From Paraphysomonas bandaiensis (Eukaryota; Protista; Chrysophyceae), in NCBI GenBank assembly GCA_965644295.1, contig CBFFRP010000124.1, positions 28,962-92,961 of the forward strand: a DNA stretch of 64,000 bases. The letters run 5' to 3'. The notes under the pieces were generated by a model that saw only the letters and a program-made list of their open reading frames with translations, was not told the origin of the DNA and ran no database searches. Numbering within the stretch: position 1 is the first letter of the stretch; each line of letters opens with the position of its first letter. The position numbers were made by a program, and so were the translations under genes. Shown piece by piece: positions 1-11,212 of the stretch.

Positions 1-422
1 TAACCAACTCCGAATGCTCGACTCATAGTCATCGCGTGCTCCAAACCTGTTTGGTGTTGTCGCAGCTATCAGCAAAAGGCGTGTGAGGGCTGTGTCATGT
101 AGCACGTATGGAGGTAAGAGTAGGTGGAATAATACTCGTGTTTGTCCCAGCTGTCACTTATATGATTGAAATAATTTGAAACGGATGCAAGTGAAACAAT
201 GTGCTCAACTTTCTCTTGTGATGCGAGTACTGATTACCGAAGCGAGGTAATCAAATCCATTCCTATAGTCCAAAATCCAAACACTTAAGCTGGTTGACGA
301 TTCACGGCACTCAAAAGTATAGCCGTTGAATGAATAATGAAGGAGACCTCCTTAAAGAAGAACTTTCATTATTGTATGAATACTAGACTTTTCTATAGAC
401 ACGTCCTATCATAACTCTCCAA

Positions 423-1589
423 CGGGGCTAGGAAACAAAATATTACAATACTATTGTTAGAGAGCGTTCCAACAATATTATGGATGGAGATTTTAAACAG
501 GCCCAACAATACAATTACAATATATTGCAATATATTAGTATGACTAATCGGTATGTAAACACATTCGTAGATTCCATTTTTAGTATTAGTCATTAAGATC
601 ACATGACAACCAAACCAACTACTGCTTATAGCTAATAAAAATCCACCTCGTCCTCATCCTCTGAGCCATCATCGGTGACATCAACATCATCTTATTCATT
701 CCCAGAATTAATTGAAATATGCTAGTATCCGGCCACAACTGTCTATTAGCTTTGATAAACAACAGCATATTAAGTAGGATGGATACTTTCGAGCAACACT
801 GATATAATATGTTTAGCTGCGCTGAACAGACGTTCCCATGTATTGGAAGTATATACTACATGACTCGTGGACCTGCATGTTTCTTAATTTTTTGAGCTGA
901 CTGAAGATTTTTATTCGCATAGCCAAAATCAGCTTCATCATCCTCTGTATTGTTGTAATAACTGTATGGACGGAGATATATTCTAACAGCATCTTTCTCA
1001 GATCTTGTCAAATAATCAAATTCTTTGCCTGCTTGGATTTTTGCAATTCCATATTCCCTAAATTCCGATCATTAAAAATGGAGCTGTTTTACCTTAAAGC
1101 AGATAGGGGATACCCTGCCCCGAGATCCATCAATAAGGCATCAAAAAATGTTCCGGCATTCATACAGATTCACTTGACTTGAACCTCCTGTTTGAAGCAG
1201 CTTGGAAACTCTTTCAAACTTTCTCAGGTCTTGTTTGTTTTGCCTTCAACTAGACTCCAAAAACAGTGGTAATTATCTCTACTCTTGTATGCATTGCGCA
1301 TTCGTCTCATTTATCAGTATGAGTATATATGTTATATTAAGAGACTGTACATACATGTGTAGAGTACTGTTTGAGCTGGCGATACAAAAAAATATCTTAT
1401 TTTCCCGGTTATTTATATCCATTTTGCACACTACAGTTGAGAATCTTCACTTATATGACTATCATAATATTGATTGCAATATATTGTGAGATACTTTAAC
1501 AGAAACAATATTGATGGGATTTTTGGCCGGTCGACCAATCAATATATTTTACAATATATTGCAATTCAATATATTGTTTCCTAGCTCTG
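423..1589 (-). mobile_element. Non-autonomous/degenerate hAT DNA transposon (family 1)
   Basis: TIRs CGGGGCTAGGAAACAA (423) and revcomp CAGAGCTAGGAAACAA (1589). 8-bp TSD CTCTCCAA at 415-422 and 1590-1597. Decayed minus-strand transposase C-terminus TSNTWERLFSAAKHII near 730-850 (hAT dimerisation motif). Confidence 0.9.
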
Positions 1590-1803
1590 CTCTCCAAGAG
1601 CTAGATAAGCTTACGTATCCACACTTGAATCTTGTAAAACGTGAAGTCTAGCAGACTAGATACGTCATAATTTCGTATATATAATAGTTAACAATGCTCG
1701 GTTAATAGTAATTGATTAAGTTTCCTCACGGAGTCAGTCATCAGCAACAGCGTGAAGTATGGGACTAAAACATTCTATAATATGTTACACTATACGACAG
1801 CGG

Positions 1804-4592
1804 CTAACCAGATATATTCTGTGAATGCGTTGCCTGCCACACGGACTTCCTATTAGTCTGAATTCTAATGACACAGTTCGTTTGATCGATGACAGTATCT
1901 CTTGCTAGTAGTTTTTTCTTCGAATTCCTATCAATTCCTCTGCCTTCAGCTCTTACAAAATCTCCATGCATTGTACAATGTGACAAAGCCCCTCGTTTCA
2001 ATGCATCGAACACATCTTCCACAGTACTACCTTGCTTAAGTTGCAGACAGTCGCGAAGTTGACAAGCGGGGATTTTAGCGCTGCTAGTCCATGCCACAGG
2101 TAGTTCGGTATCCAAATCACTCACAGGAAAGCACAATACTGGTGGCTTCAAGCTAACTGCAGTAGAAATCGCCTCCATGACCCCACTACCTCCCCATGTA
2201 CTCATGCAAGTACGAAGACGTTCTTCTTCTTCAACCCATTTCTTCGAATTTACAGGCGGAAGATTTCTACCAGAAATTTTTTCAAGAGCCCAGCATTCAG
2301 ACTGAGCGGACACGGGCACCGCTGCCTCGCCCCTCTCTGCGGATAGTTTCTGGCAAGCCTCCACAACGCATCTTCCTTTTTCAGGCGACAGAGAATCAAC
2401 CTTATTCAATGCCAGGCATATTGGGAACCGAATGCATATATAATGCGCGACCAGCCTGTGAATATCTCTATCTGGCCAATTAATGGCATGGTCTAAGCTG
2501 AGTCCCGCGCGCTGGGCTGCCAACTCAACCGTCCATAATGGCCCTTTATAACCTGAAAACAAAGCTAATACTCGCTTGCTACATTTGCTGTCCCCTCGAC
2601 GGCCCACAGACTCCCACTTGGCCTTGATATTGTTATATATCCATCGATGTAATTCGAAGCGAATCCACTCCGCATCAGCTAGTGGAGAGGAAGTATGAAA
2701 GGACAACATTGAAGTATCTAGAGTAGCTGTATCCACGTCTGAAGTCGAGTAATCGCCATCTTGTTCAATAATATTACCATCTTTGTCAGAGCGACCCGTA
2801 ATGTCCAACACATGTACCAGTACATCTGCATCACATAAATCAGACAGGAATCTATTACCCTTGCCCCTTCCTTTATACGCCCCAGGTACTAAACCGGCCA
2901 CGTCTTTAACCACTATGGGAAGAAGTCGGCGTCCTGCCATCCGTCCCTCTGTGCATCTTCCATGAAAAGGTTCTCGGTGACCAGGCAAAATATCTCCTAT
3001 GTTGTCGTCACCATCTTCCATGTGAGATGCATACCAGCCCGGACCAATATTGGGTTCAATTGTTGTGAAAGGATGTGCCGCAACCTCAGCCATATGCCGA
3101 TGACCACGTGAATCAAGGGATGCCCGGATAACTGCATTATAGAAAGTACTCTTACCAGCTGAGGGTTTACCTACCAACCACAAATACATCGTCTTATTAG
3201 AATGTACGTACTACGCTTACAGAGAGTACCTATCAATCCAACGGTGTAATTCCACAACCCGCGGGCAGAGGCAGATGCATTCAGACCTTCTGATTCCATC
3301 CACTTCTCTGTATAATTACTGGCATTAACACGATTTTGAGCAGCTATTCTCCCAGCTTCAGAAGATGCATTTCGAATCCATTCGTCCTCCTGTTCATCAC
3401 TTACTTCACCCTGTACGCTGCACTCCGGCATATTACCCACATCAGGAGAACTCTCTTCAGTTGATGGAGTAGATAGGGCAGATGTATGCTGCCACATACC
3501 TTCACTAAGCCATTCGTTACCGGCTTGAACACATTGCAAAACACATGTTTCTCCATTACTACAAATCTCAGCAGCAACCCGCACAATGGAAGAATGCAAC
3601 GAGCGCCTCATGGCTACTGTAAATTCCAACATAGAGAGGCTGCCTGTGTATATTTCGATATGCGGTGGGTGGTTAGGTTCAATAGGATAATTTTCTGCAA
3701 GAGTTATACTAACGCCTAGATTACCAGCCCAACCCTTTGGAGGAGGTGCAGAAGAATATCCAGGAGATAACAATACCCTACATGAAGCAGTGGGGTCACC
3801 TTTACTTGCAGGGGAAGTGTGGACCTCAAACTCTTCAGGTGAATATATACTACCAAGGACATCCATTTCCTCCGCTTGTAGATTCGCACATTCGTCAGAA
3901 ACTACACCTTTTCGTTTTACATCAGGTACTTCAGATAGGGGTGGAGTTACATGTGTGGTAACAGGTGTGTCAGAGGCCATGCTAGAAATTTCATGCTGCA
4001 TTTTTTCTAGGAAGGCGACGTATGAATTTAACATCACGGCACGTGTTGGTATGCAGTGCCCTTGTTCATGTTCAATTACTTCAGGACTGACAAACCTAGA
4101 AGCAAGTAGCGCAGAATTAGCTACTGGAATAACATTATCCTTTTGGCCCATCAGATGTAAACTCCGCACATTAGTTGGTACTTTACTGTTTCCAGAAGCA
4201 TCAAGCAAATACGCAGGCGCATCTGGAGCACCACCAATAATAACAAACTTGATTCCGGGAAATCGCTCGGGCATCGTGCAGAGCATAGCCGTCATTGTTC
4301 CGCCCATAGAAAACCCAAATATGCCCTCAAAAGGCCCCTCAGAGCGCCAAACGCCCTCTAAGTACTGTAACGATTGCTGCAGTGATTCCTCAACAATCTG
4401 ATTTCCATCACGATAAAACCAAGTCCGCAAAGGCACTTCGTCGCCTGTCTTTAATTCGAGAAGATGAGGTGCATCCACTATAGTGAATTTAGCAACAGCT
4501 CGAGCCTTATGGGGCAACCGGCCAAGTCGAGTGCGCAGTACTTCTGCCGATTGTTGTTTCCCATGCAGTGCCAGTATCTTCAGAGTCGACAT
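1804..4592 (-). CDS. Fusion protein (~909 aa): FSH1-type serine hydrolase + RWD domain + Obg-family (YGR210C-like) GTPase; one intron at 3171-3229
   Basis: ORFs 3171-4592 and 1804-3189 join in frame across a 59-nt GT..AG intron, giving WNYTVGLI-GKPSAGKST. Hydrolase motifs LALHG, GFSMG, D and HEQGH; RWD-like EEMDVLGSIY...YP...PP; GTPase motifs G1 GKPSAGKST, G2 PFTTIEPN, G3 DVAGLV, G4 NKVD. Confidence 0.88.
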
Positions 4593-5180
4593 TGGGGAGT
4601 GATCTTGCTATATGACTGCGACTGCCCGACCTATCTGACAGCGCGCCGTCCACTGCACCCGTACAGACTTCACAGTCATTTCTTGTATTTCGCTTGTACA
4701 CTTCCTCACGGACACCGCACGGTACAGCAGTACAGTACATACAATATACCGTATACAAGTCCACCAGGGGCGTCGCTCCGTGGTTTGCAAAAAAACTCCA
4801 GTTTTTTTCCACCGCCCTGCTAAAAAGTTGAGAAAAACTTTGTGTCCGGACTTTTGAATGCAAATCCACAATTTTTTATTCAAACCACGGATGCGCCTAC
4901 CCAGATACAGGATAGTGGTAGAGTACACAGAATACAGTTCTGTAGCAACATTTCAAAGGTGTGCTGCTGGTGCTGGACGGCATGTTTTCACAGATATCAA
5001 CAAAATTTCGTCTTTTCGGAGTTTAAGAACTCCAATTAGAGTGAGGATGGTTTCTGCTCCTGTAATTGCAGTCATGAGCAGGCAGCAGCAGTCGTCCACT
5101 CCGTTATACACTCCTCATATCACCATTTAAACTAGTTCGTAGTACATATACCACTGCCCCTATCAGTTGTCTGTATAATA

Positions 5181-6250
5181 ATGTTTTCTCTTCGGGTTTT
5201 TGTGGCCGGCGTGTGTATGCTGTGCGGCGCCTTGGCTCAAACCTCAACTGTGTGTCCTGATTATGACAGTTCCAAAATTAAGTTGGTCACGTTCGACTGC
5301 TTCGCCGCTCTTATGCAGTGGGAGAGTAAGTATTCGCTCTTATGTCTCGGTAACAGTGTAACAGCATCAATACTGCAGACTCGATGTATGAATCTGTTGC
5401 AGAGGTGATGATGCCGCAATTAACACAGGATCAAGTCTATACTTTAGTTCAGAAGTGGGAATCTGCCTACGGTAGCTACATGCAAAATGGTGGAACTGTC
5501 TTCGAAGAGGGTGTTACAGGGGCATTTCCATTTAGTTGGATGGCTGCCACCTCACTGAAAGGTATTCCTCTTCTTACACTGTTGTTATTGTTTGAAAATA
5601 TGGTTGTATAGACATTGGCAAAAGCATGGACATCACATTCACTCGCGATGAGTTTCACGAGCTGATGCTGTGTTGGGGGCGCCTACTTCCTTGGAATAAT
5701 ACTCAGGAGACCCTGGAGACACTTGTTGCAAACAACTTCACTATTGCGATACTCTCCAACGGAGATACGCAAACACTGTCCAATGCAGCAACTGTTTTTA
5801 AACCTCCTGTAGAATTTTCGTACATATTCAGTTCGGATTTTCCTGTCGGTGCTTTCAAACCACAGAGTGCCATCTACTATCAGGTATTATCTTGACAATG
5901 TGGCGCGTCAGTACTCCCCGTTTCGACTGCACTTTTCTTGAATTGATATTTGTTCACCGTACAGTAACTAATCTATGTTGATATTTGAAGGTATTGGATC
6001 GTACTCAATTTAAGGTTGAGGAAGTTCTCCATGTCGCTGGTGGCGCCTCAGATGGAGGGGGTGCTAGGGATGCAGGTGAGGAATTGTCGTTTGAAATCTT
6101 ACCATTTTCTCGAGGTAAGAGTGTAATATAGGTCTTTTTTCGGCTGTACTACACTCTACTTCGTTTGCTGAGCCACAGACTCTTCAAAGCACTCAACCTT
6201 GCTTCGACCTACCTGACATAACGTACGTCCCAGGAATTCTTGGTCTATAA
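5181..6250 (+). CDS. HAD-superfamily hydrolase (2-haloacid dehalogenase type II-like) with N-terminal signal peptide; multi-exon
   Basis: Motif I KLVTFDCF..LMQWE, motif II ILSNGD, GAFKP...IY, motif IV VLHVAG..SD..GARDAG, spread over GT-AG exons. Stop TAA at 6248-6250. Confidence 0.8.
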
Positions 6251-6625
6251 GAATCGTTGGAGAAATATATATTCTGGTGGTATCTAGAATGTGTTATTGA
6301 TGCCAGTAGTTTTGAACGTAGTGGCATTTGAATGCAGCCAACTACGTTGCTGCATTATTACAGGTACTTACAAACGTAGTACCAGCGAGTTTTATAGTAA
6401 GAACCGTAATAAAGTATAAAGTGTGGAAAGTCGTGGTAGTGCTTCGTGGTTCATATGAGTATCGTTGTATGGGGATTGTAGTGCGTGTATATAGTTATAT
6501 AAATACTCCCAAACACATCATAGCCACAATCACATGTAGGAAACAATATCTACGTACACCTGTTAGTAGATACAGAATACAAATTATCTCACATTTCTAT
6601 AAACACTCCCCTTCACCATGTACAC

Positions 6626-6743
6626 CAGGGCCTGGTAACCATTAATCGTAGCCCAGTTCATGGCAATTACAAATTACAATGCCACCCATGTAGTACGTCC
6701 CGGGAGTTATAATTTCATTATCATTAACGGTTACCAAGCCCTA
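6626..6743. mobile_element. 118-bp hAT MITE (family 2)
   Basis: TIRs CAGGGCCTGGTAACCATTAAT / revcomp TAGGGCTTGGTAACCGTTAAT. 8-bp TSD ATGTACAC at 6618-6625 and 6744-6751. Same TIR at 53224. Confidence 0.9.
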
Positions 6744-6766
6744 ATGTACACATGTACACACTTCAT

Positions 6767-7180
6767 ACCCTCAACAAAGTCGGGCTCGCACCTTTTCGTG
6801 GTGTTTTGGGAGATAAGTACCGGAGATATCTCTCCGGGAAACTAACGTGAGCCGCATATATAGCCAGCAGATAATGTTCTGCCCACTCATAGCCTAATGC
6901 TTGTGTGGTACAAGGGACACTATTAGTGTCACTTGTGTAGACGTCTTTGGGCCTTGACGAATAAACAGGTATCCGAGAATGGGCCCACCTCAAGGGCATT
7001 CGGGGTATTGAGCTGTCTACTGAAGTCAAGCATCCGGGCTGTTAACCTTAAGGGCAGAGAGCGAAAGTACTTTCACCTCGGTGCTTGCGGCGACTCACAA
7101 GCAGCCTCCGTAGCGCTAAATAGTAAGACATCAGAGTTAAGCACTAGATAGTCAAATTGGTATTAACCAGACACTCACTA
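6767..7180 (+). mobile_element. SINE-like element B, copy 1
   Basis: Homologous to 20182-20557 and 42255-42751. Carries the shared 3' module (..GGTGCTTGCGGCGAC..). Near-perfect TSD CACACTTCAT/CATACTTCAT. Confidence 0.8.
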
Positions 7181-7637
7181 CATACTTCATTAAGTATTCT
7201 TTCTAAATCTAAATGGAACACACCAATCGATTTATGATAGCTTACAAACTACTGTGTTAAAAGTTGTGTCTATTTTAACCTAACATAATAAATGCTGCAG
7301 ATACTGTAGTGTACTCTTATCACTGAAGGTATTGTTATGATATGAAAACTGCTACAGTGTGCTAATCAACAGCTATACATATTATTTAAGAAGTTGGAAT
7401 GATAATGATACGTAAACTGGCTTGGTATATGATAGTAGCGTGTCCGCAACACTGCTACGAAATCTAGGAGGACACAGGCTAGTGTAACAATTAATTTGTT
7501 TAAATATGATAATTACAATCATTATTGGTAAATATTGCCAAGTAACTGGCTGTCATAATAATTTAGCTACTGATCATAGGAGTACAAACTCATTATCTGT
7601 TAGTTGTTAACATGTAGAAAAGATTGGATGTAAGTGC

Positions 7638-7738
7638 CAGGGCTAGGGAACAATATATTGCAATACTATTGCGAGCTACTTTAACAGAAACTATATTGAT
7701 GGAATATTTTGCCGATCAATATATTGTTCCCTGGTATG
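7638..7738. mobile_element. Degenerate MITE of hAT family 1
   Basis: AGGGAACAATATATTG ... CAATATATTGTTCCCT inverted termini. Interior matches 1470-1585. Confidence 0.6.
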
Positions 7739-7834
7739 TGCTATGTGCACAGTTACTTTATCAGTATTAATTATTAATCATAAGTTTACACTTTAACTTC
7801 AGCACAAGGGTAGTAACATGTAAAATATCGTTGG

Positions 7835-9546
7835 ATAATTCTCTGCCCTACGATGGCAAATACAGTCCAACATAAAGTTTCACCCTATTAACCAGCTCCA
7901 AGCCCAATGTCTCTATTGAGACCGTGGCTGAGTCACATCAGTGTGCCCAGGGCCTTTTACACTCCCTTACTGCTGCATTTTGTTGACCACCGCGCTTCCG
8001 ACAAATTACCTGTCACACCATGTTGTACACGCTCCAAGCCCCCCTGCCTGGCCTTGCAACCTTCACCCTACTCAACTACTTCAGTTAAACCACGTGCCTG
8101 CACCAATGCAGCGCTGACCGCACCTATGTGCTATCCCCTCAGCAGACAACTTCGTCTCACCCATCGCTTTCTACGGCTACAACCTCTCAGAACATGGCTC
8201 GTGCGAGCAGGCTCACGAAAACGACCCCCATGGACCCCCTATGCAATCACTGAATACTCTCGATCCCTCTCAACTGTGCAACAGGGCTGCCTTCTGCCGC
8301 CCACTCAACCCAACCCAACATGGTTTGTCTGTGGTCCATCCACCCAGCAGGCTACCCCCTCACCCTGTTCACCTATCACCCCCACAGCCCATCCATCTCA
8401 TTGGATAGACACTGTATTCCGCATACGGTATACTCGACTACTGTACTACTGTGTCCTACAGGATGTATACCATTCCGTGTATACCTCTACTGCTGTTGGA
8501 CACATCACCATGTCCATGTACCTGTCTACCTGTACTGCTGGACACATCACCATGTCCATGTACCTGTCTACCTGTACTGTTGGACACATCACCAGCTCTC
8601 TCTCTCTGTCCAACACACTCATAACACCACTGCAGTGTCATACACACACACAGTACACTCTACCTCCTCCTAGAAAACCCCCAGACAAACTATCTCCTCT
8701 CCCTTCGTCTCTGACACCTTGCCGTCATATTCCTTACACACACTCTCTATGCCTCAGTCTGTACCCCCCTGCACCAACACAGACACTAACAAGGGCAGCT
8801 GAGGACGTCCGAGTGTCTCCTCCAGACCATCATCATCATCACGATCATCTCGTGCATAGGTCTATCAGAGTACTCGACCTCAGTGACTCTTGTTCTGTTG
8901 CGCAGTCTCACTCTCCTCAATCAGATGTTGCCTCTCTTGCACCATCACACTCCCTCTCGACTCCCTGTAGCTGGACACACCGGATGACCCTCACATCCCA
9001 CCCCTGTACAGCTATACACCCTCTTGCATGTGTTCTCTACCGCTGGCTAAGACAGCAAAAGAGCCGATTTCGACGCTTCTTCACAGTAGGCCATAACCTT
9101 TTGCAAGACCTTCATCCACATACCTCCGAGCCACTTGGAACAATGCCTAAAGGAAGGCCACCAGATCGCCAATCTCAGAAGGGCATATTACTGTTTCCCC
9201 TAACTGCCATAAGGCTAATAAGTCAGTCCCCGTGAGGTACATAAGGCTATCTATCATATAGCGAGTGGAGTCTCATCCCAAGAGGAGACCTCCAGATCAC
9301 ACGCGCCGGTGAGTCCCAGGACATACGATCATGGCGAGCCTCATAACACACACTAAGAACGGAAGTGGTTGCACCTTGGTGCTTGCGGCGACGCACAAGC
9401 AGCTTCTGTAGCGTTAAATAGTAGGATAAAAGAGTTTGTATTGATTAGTTACGGGTAGTAGTCTAACTAGTATGACTAGCATTCTTCTAGCCACTAATTG
9501 GTGCAGGCTTTCAACGCCTATTGCTAAATAATCAGACATTCAATAT
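7835..9546 (+). mobile_element. 1.7-kb non-autonomous non-LTR element A, copy 1
   Basis: Near-identical to 23263-24973 with the same 5' start. 12-bp TSD AAATATCGTTGG at 7823-7834 and 9547-9558. Shared 3' module; no RT motifs. Confidence 0.9.
7907..9235 (+). CDS. 442-aa Pro/Ser/Thr/His-rich ORF carried by element A; function unknown
   Basis: Intact and the same length in both copies. The divergent block between copies keeps frame and has about ten synonymous third-position changes. Confidence 0.5.
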   Translation: MSLLRPWLSHISVPRAFYTPLLLHFVDHRASDKLPVTPCCTRSKPPCLALQPSPYSTTSVKPRACTNAALTAPMCYPLSRQLRLTHRFLRLQPLRTWLVRAGSRKRPPWTPYAITEYSRSLSTVQQGCLLPPTQPNPTWFVCGPSTQQATPSPCSPITPTAHPSHWIDTVFRIRYTRLLYYCVLQDVYHSVYTSTAVGHITMSMYLSTCTAGHITMSMYLSTCTVGHITSSLSLSNTLITPLQCHTHTQYTLPPPRKPPDKLSPLPSSLTPCRHIPYTHSLCLSLYPPAPTQTLTRAAEDVRVSPPDHHHHHDHLVHRSIRVLDLSDSCSVAQSHSPQSDVASLAPSHSLSTPCSWTHRMTLTSHPCTAIHPLACVLYRWLRQQKSRFRRFFTVGHNLLQDLHPHTSEPLGTMPKGRPPDRQSQKGILLFPLTAIRLISQSP

Positions 9547-9761
9547 AAATATCGTTGGCAAACAGCAAACTGACCACCTCTACACTCTACAACGATCGCC
9601 GTAATCTTTATTCTGTATAGACATAATATTTTAATAATTCCTTTCTTGTAATTTGCTGCTAGTAAGTACGTAATACTACTCAGTATTAGCGTACATTATA
9701 TCTTATGGAACCACCAATACTATAAGCTTGATATTCATCGTCCCAAAATGATTTTTATTGC

Positions 9762-10807
9762 TTACGTAACTTTACGAAAAACAAAAAAGCGTTCAAATCC
9801 TTTATCTCCGAATGCCTTTAACTTACACGTGTATGTAAGGGTCCACTTTCCACTTTCTAACAAGTCAAACAAAGTATCATTGGCATTAGCACCTCCCCTT
9901 CCTTCACCTACATATATAAACACATCGTTCTCCGGCGATGCAGACACATAGGCTTCCAAACATTTGGTCGCCATATCTCCTGGGTCTGGGAAAACAATCA
10001 TCAGGGCACGACCGTCAATTCCTCTAGATCTAGCAGGTACAGTGCCTACACGCTTGAATACTCTTTCATCTCCTTTTTGGACATCTTTGTAGAAGTACTG
10101 AGTGGCTGCCGGATTATGCGAAGCATTTGGTAGGGGAAGGCTCGTCATCGAGTCAAACGCTCTTATATCTACTTTATGCTTGTCTACCAACTGCCTAGCC
10201 CATTGTCCATTTCCTAGAAAAAATATTACTGAAATTCAATACATATTTGGACAAGATAATAGTGGTGTAGATGTATACCTGCCCCTAATTCAACAATTCC
10301 TTCTTTAGAACGTGCTATATCTGCTATGACTGTAAGTACCTCGTCAGTGTATGTTGCACATCCATATTTTTCTAAGTGCGCTTGCCGATCCTGTACAGTC
10401 AAACCTTTCCCATAGACAATATCAGCAACGCTCGTCACAATTTCATTGCGCTCTGACTCAGACATATCCTTCGTGTGTAAATCTTTTCGGTGCTTTACCA
10501 GCATCGATTGCAGCAATGTCTCATCTTCTTTGCGTTTGGCCAGGCCTTTTTTCAGAGACGGCCACAACATCATACCTTCATTCGAGGGTGAATTGGATTC
10601 ATTTTTAAGATACTTTTGGAAATGCAATGAGTCCTCGTTGATAAAGAAACTTTGAATCCACGTTAAGTAGGAAGTATTGGGTTGCACTTGTTTAGCGGGC
10701 ACAGAGCAAGGTGCATCTGCAGTGCAAGTGGACCACTGCTCCAACACACCCGAATATAATCCATAGCTTGCAGGGATAGATGACACTAAAAAACGTCTGG
10801 CAGACAT
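9762..10807 (-). CDS. Class I SAM-dependent methyltransferase-like protein; intron at 10214-10278
   Basis: Spliced motif I GIVELGAG-NGQWA, followed by IRAFD, LMIVFPDPG and FIYVGEGRGGANA. Start assumed at MSARRF. Confidence 0.7.
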
Positions 10808-11212
10808 TGCTGTATGATAAGTAGAACCCAAGCACACGAGAAGGTACTGTCTGATCGTCTGCTATATTGCTGTTGGAGGGTATCATCTGCTGGAAGCAAG
10901 TCTGGATGTGACCACCTCGACAGTTGCAAGAATACCGATACTACATACGATATACACTGGTGTATTATCCGTCTGATGCTGATGGTCACAAACCTCTGTG
11001 CCATATACAGCAGTGTCTACCTCCACATCTACAGCAGTACACTGTATGCACCGGTGTCGGTGTGTGTGTACTGCTGTGGATGTGGAACAAGAATGACCAT
11101 CTATCACTCTCTCTCTATATATATATATGTGTGTGTGTCTGCGTCCGGCCCATTCATAAATCTACACACAATTAATTAACCCAATATGTCCTCTTAAGCC
11201 ACAGTTAACATA

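Noticed and set aside
2196-4401. Antisense ORFs overlapping real genes (also within URB1, ECHDC1-like, MLO-like and kinase genes)
   Set aside because: Shadow frames of coding sequence without motifs.
6763-7029. Recurrent antisense ORF (..YEWAEHYLL.IYAAHVSFPE.YL.YL..) in element B copies
   Set aside because: Starts and lengths differ between copies and the third copy is broken; the similarity follows from DNA homology.
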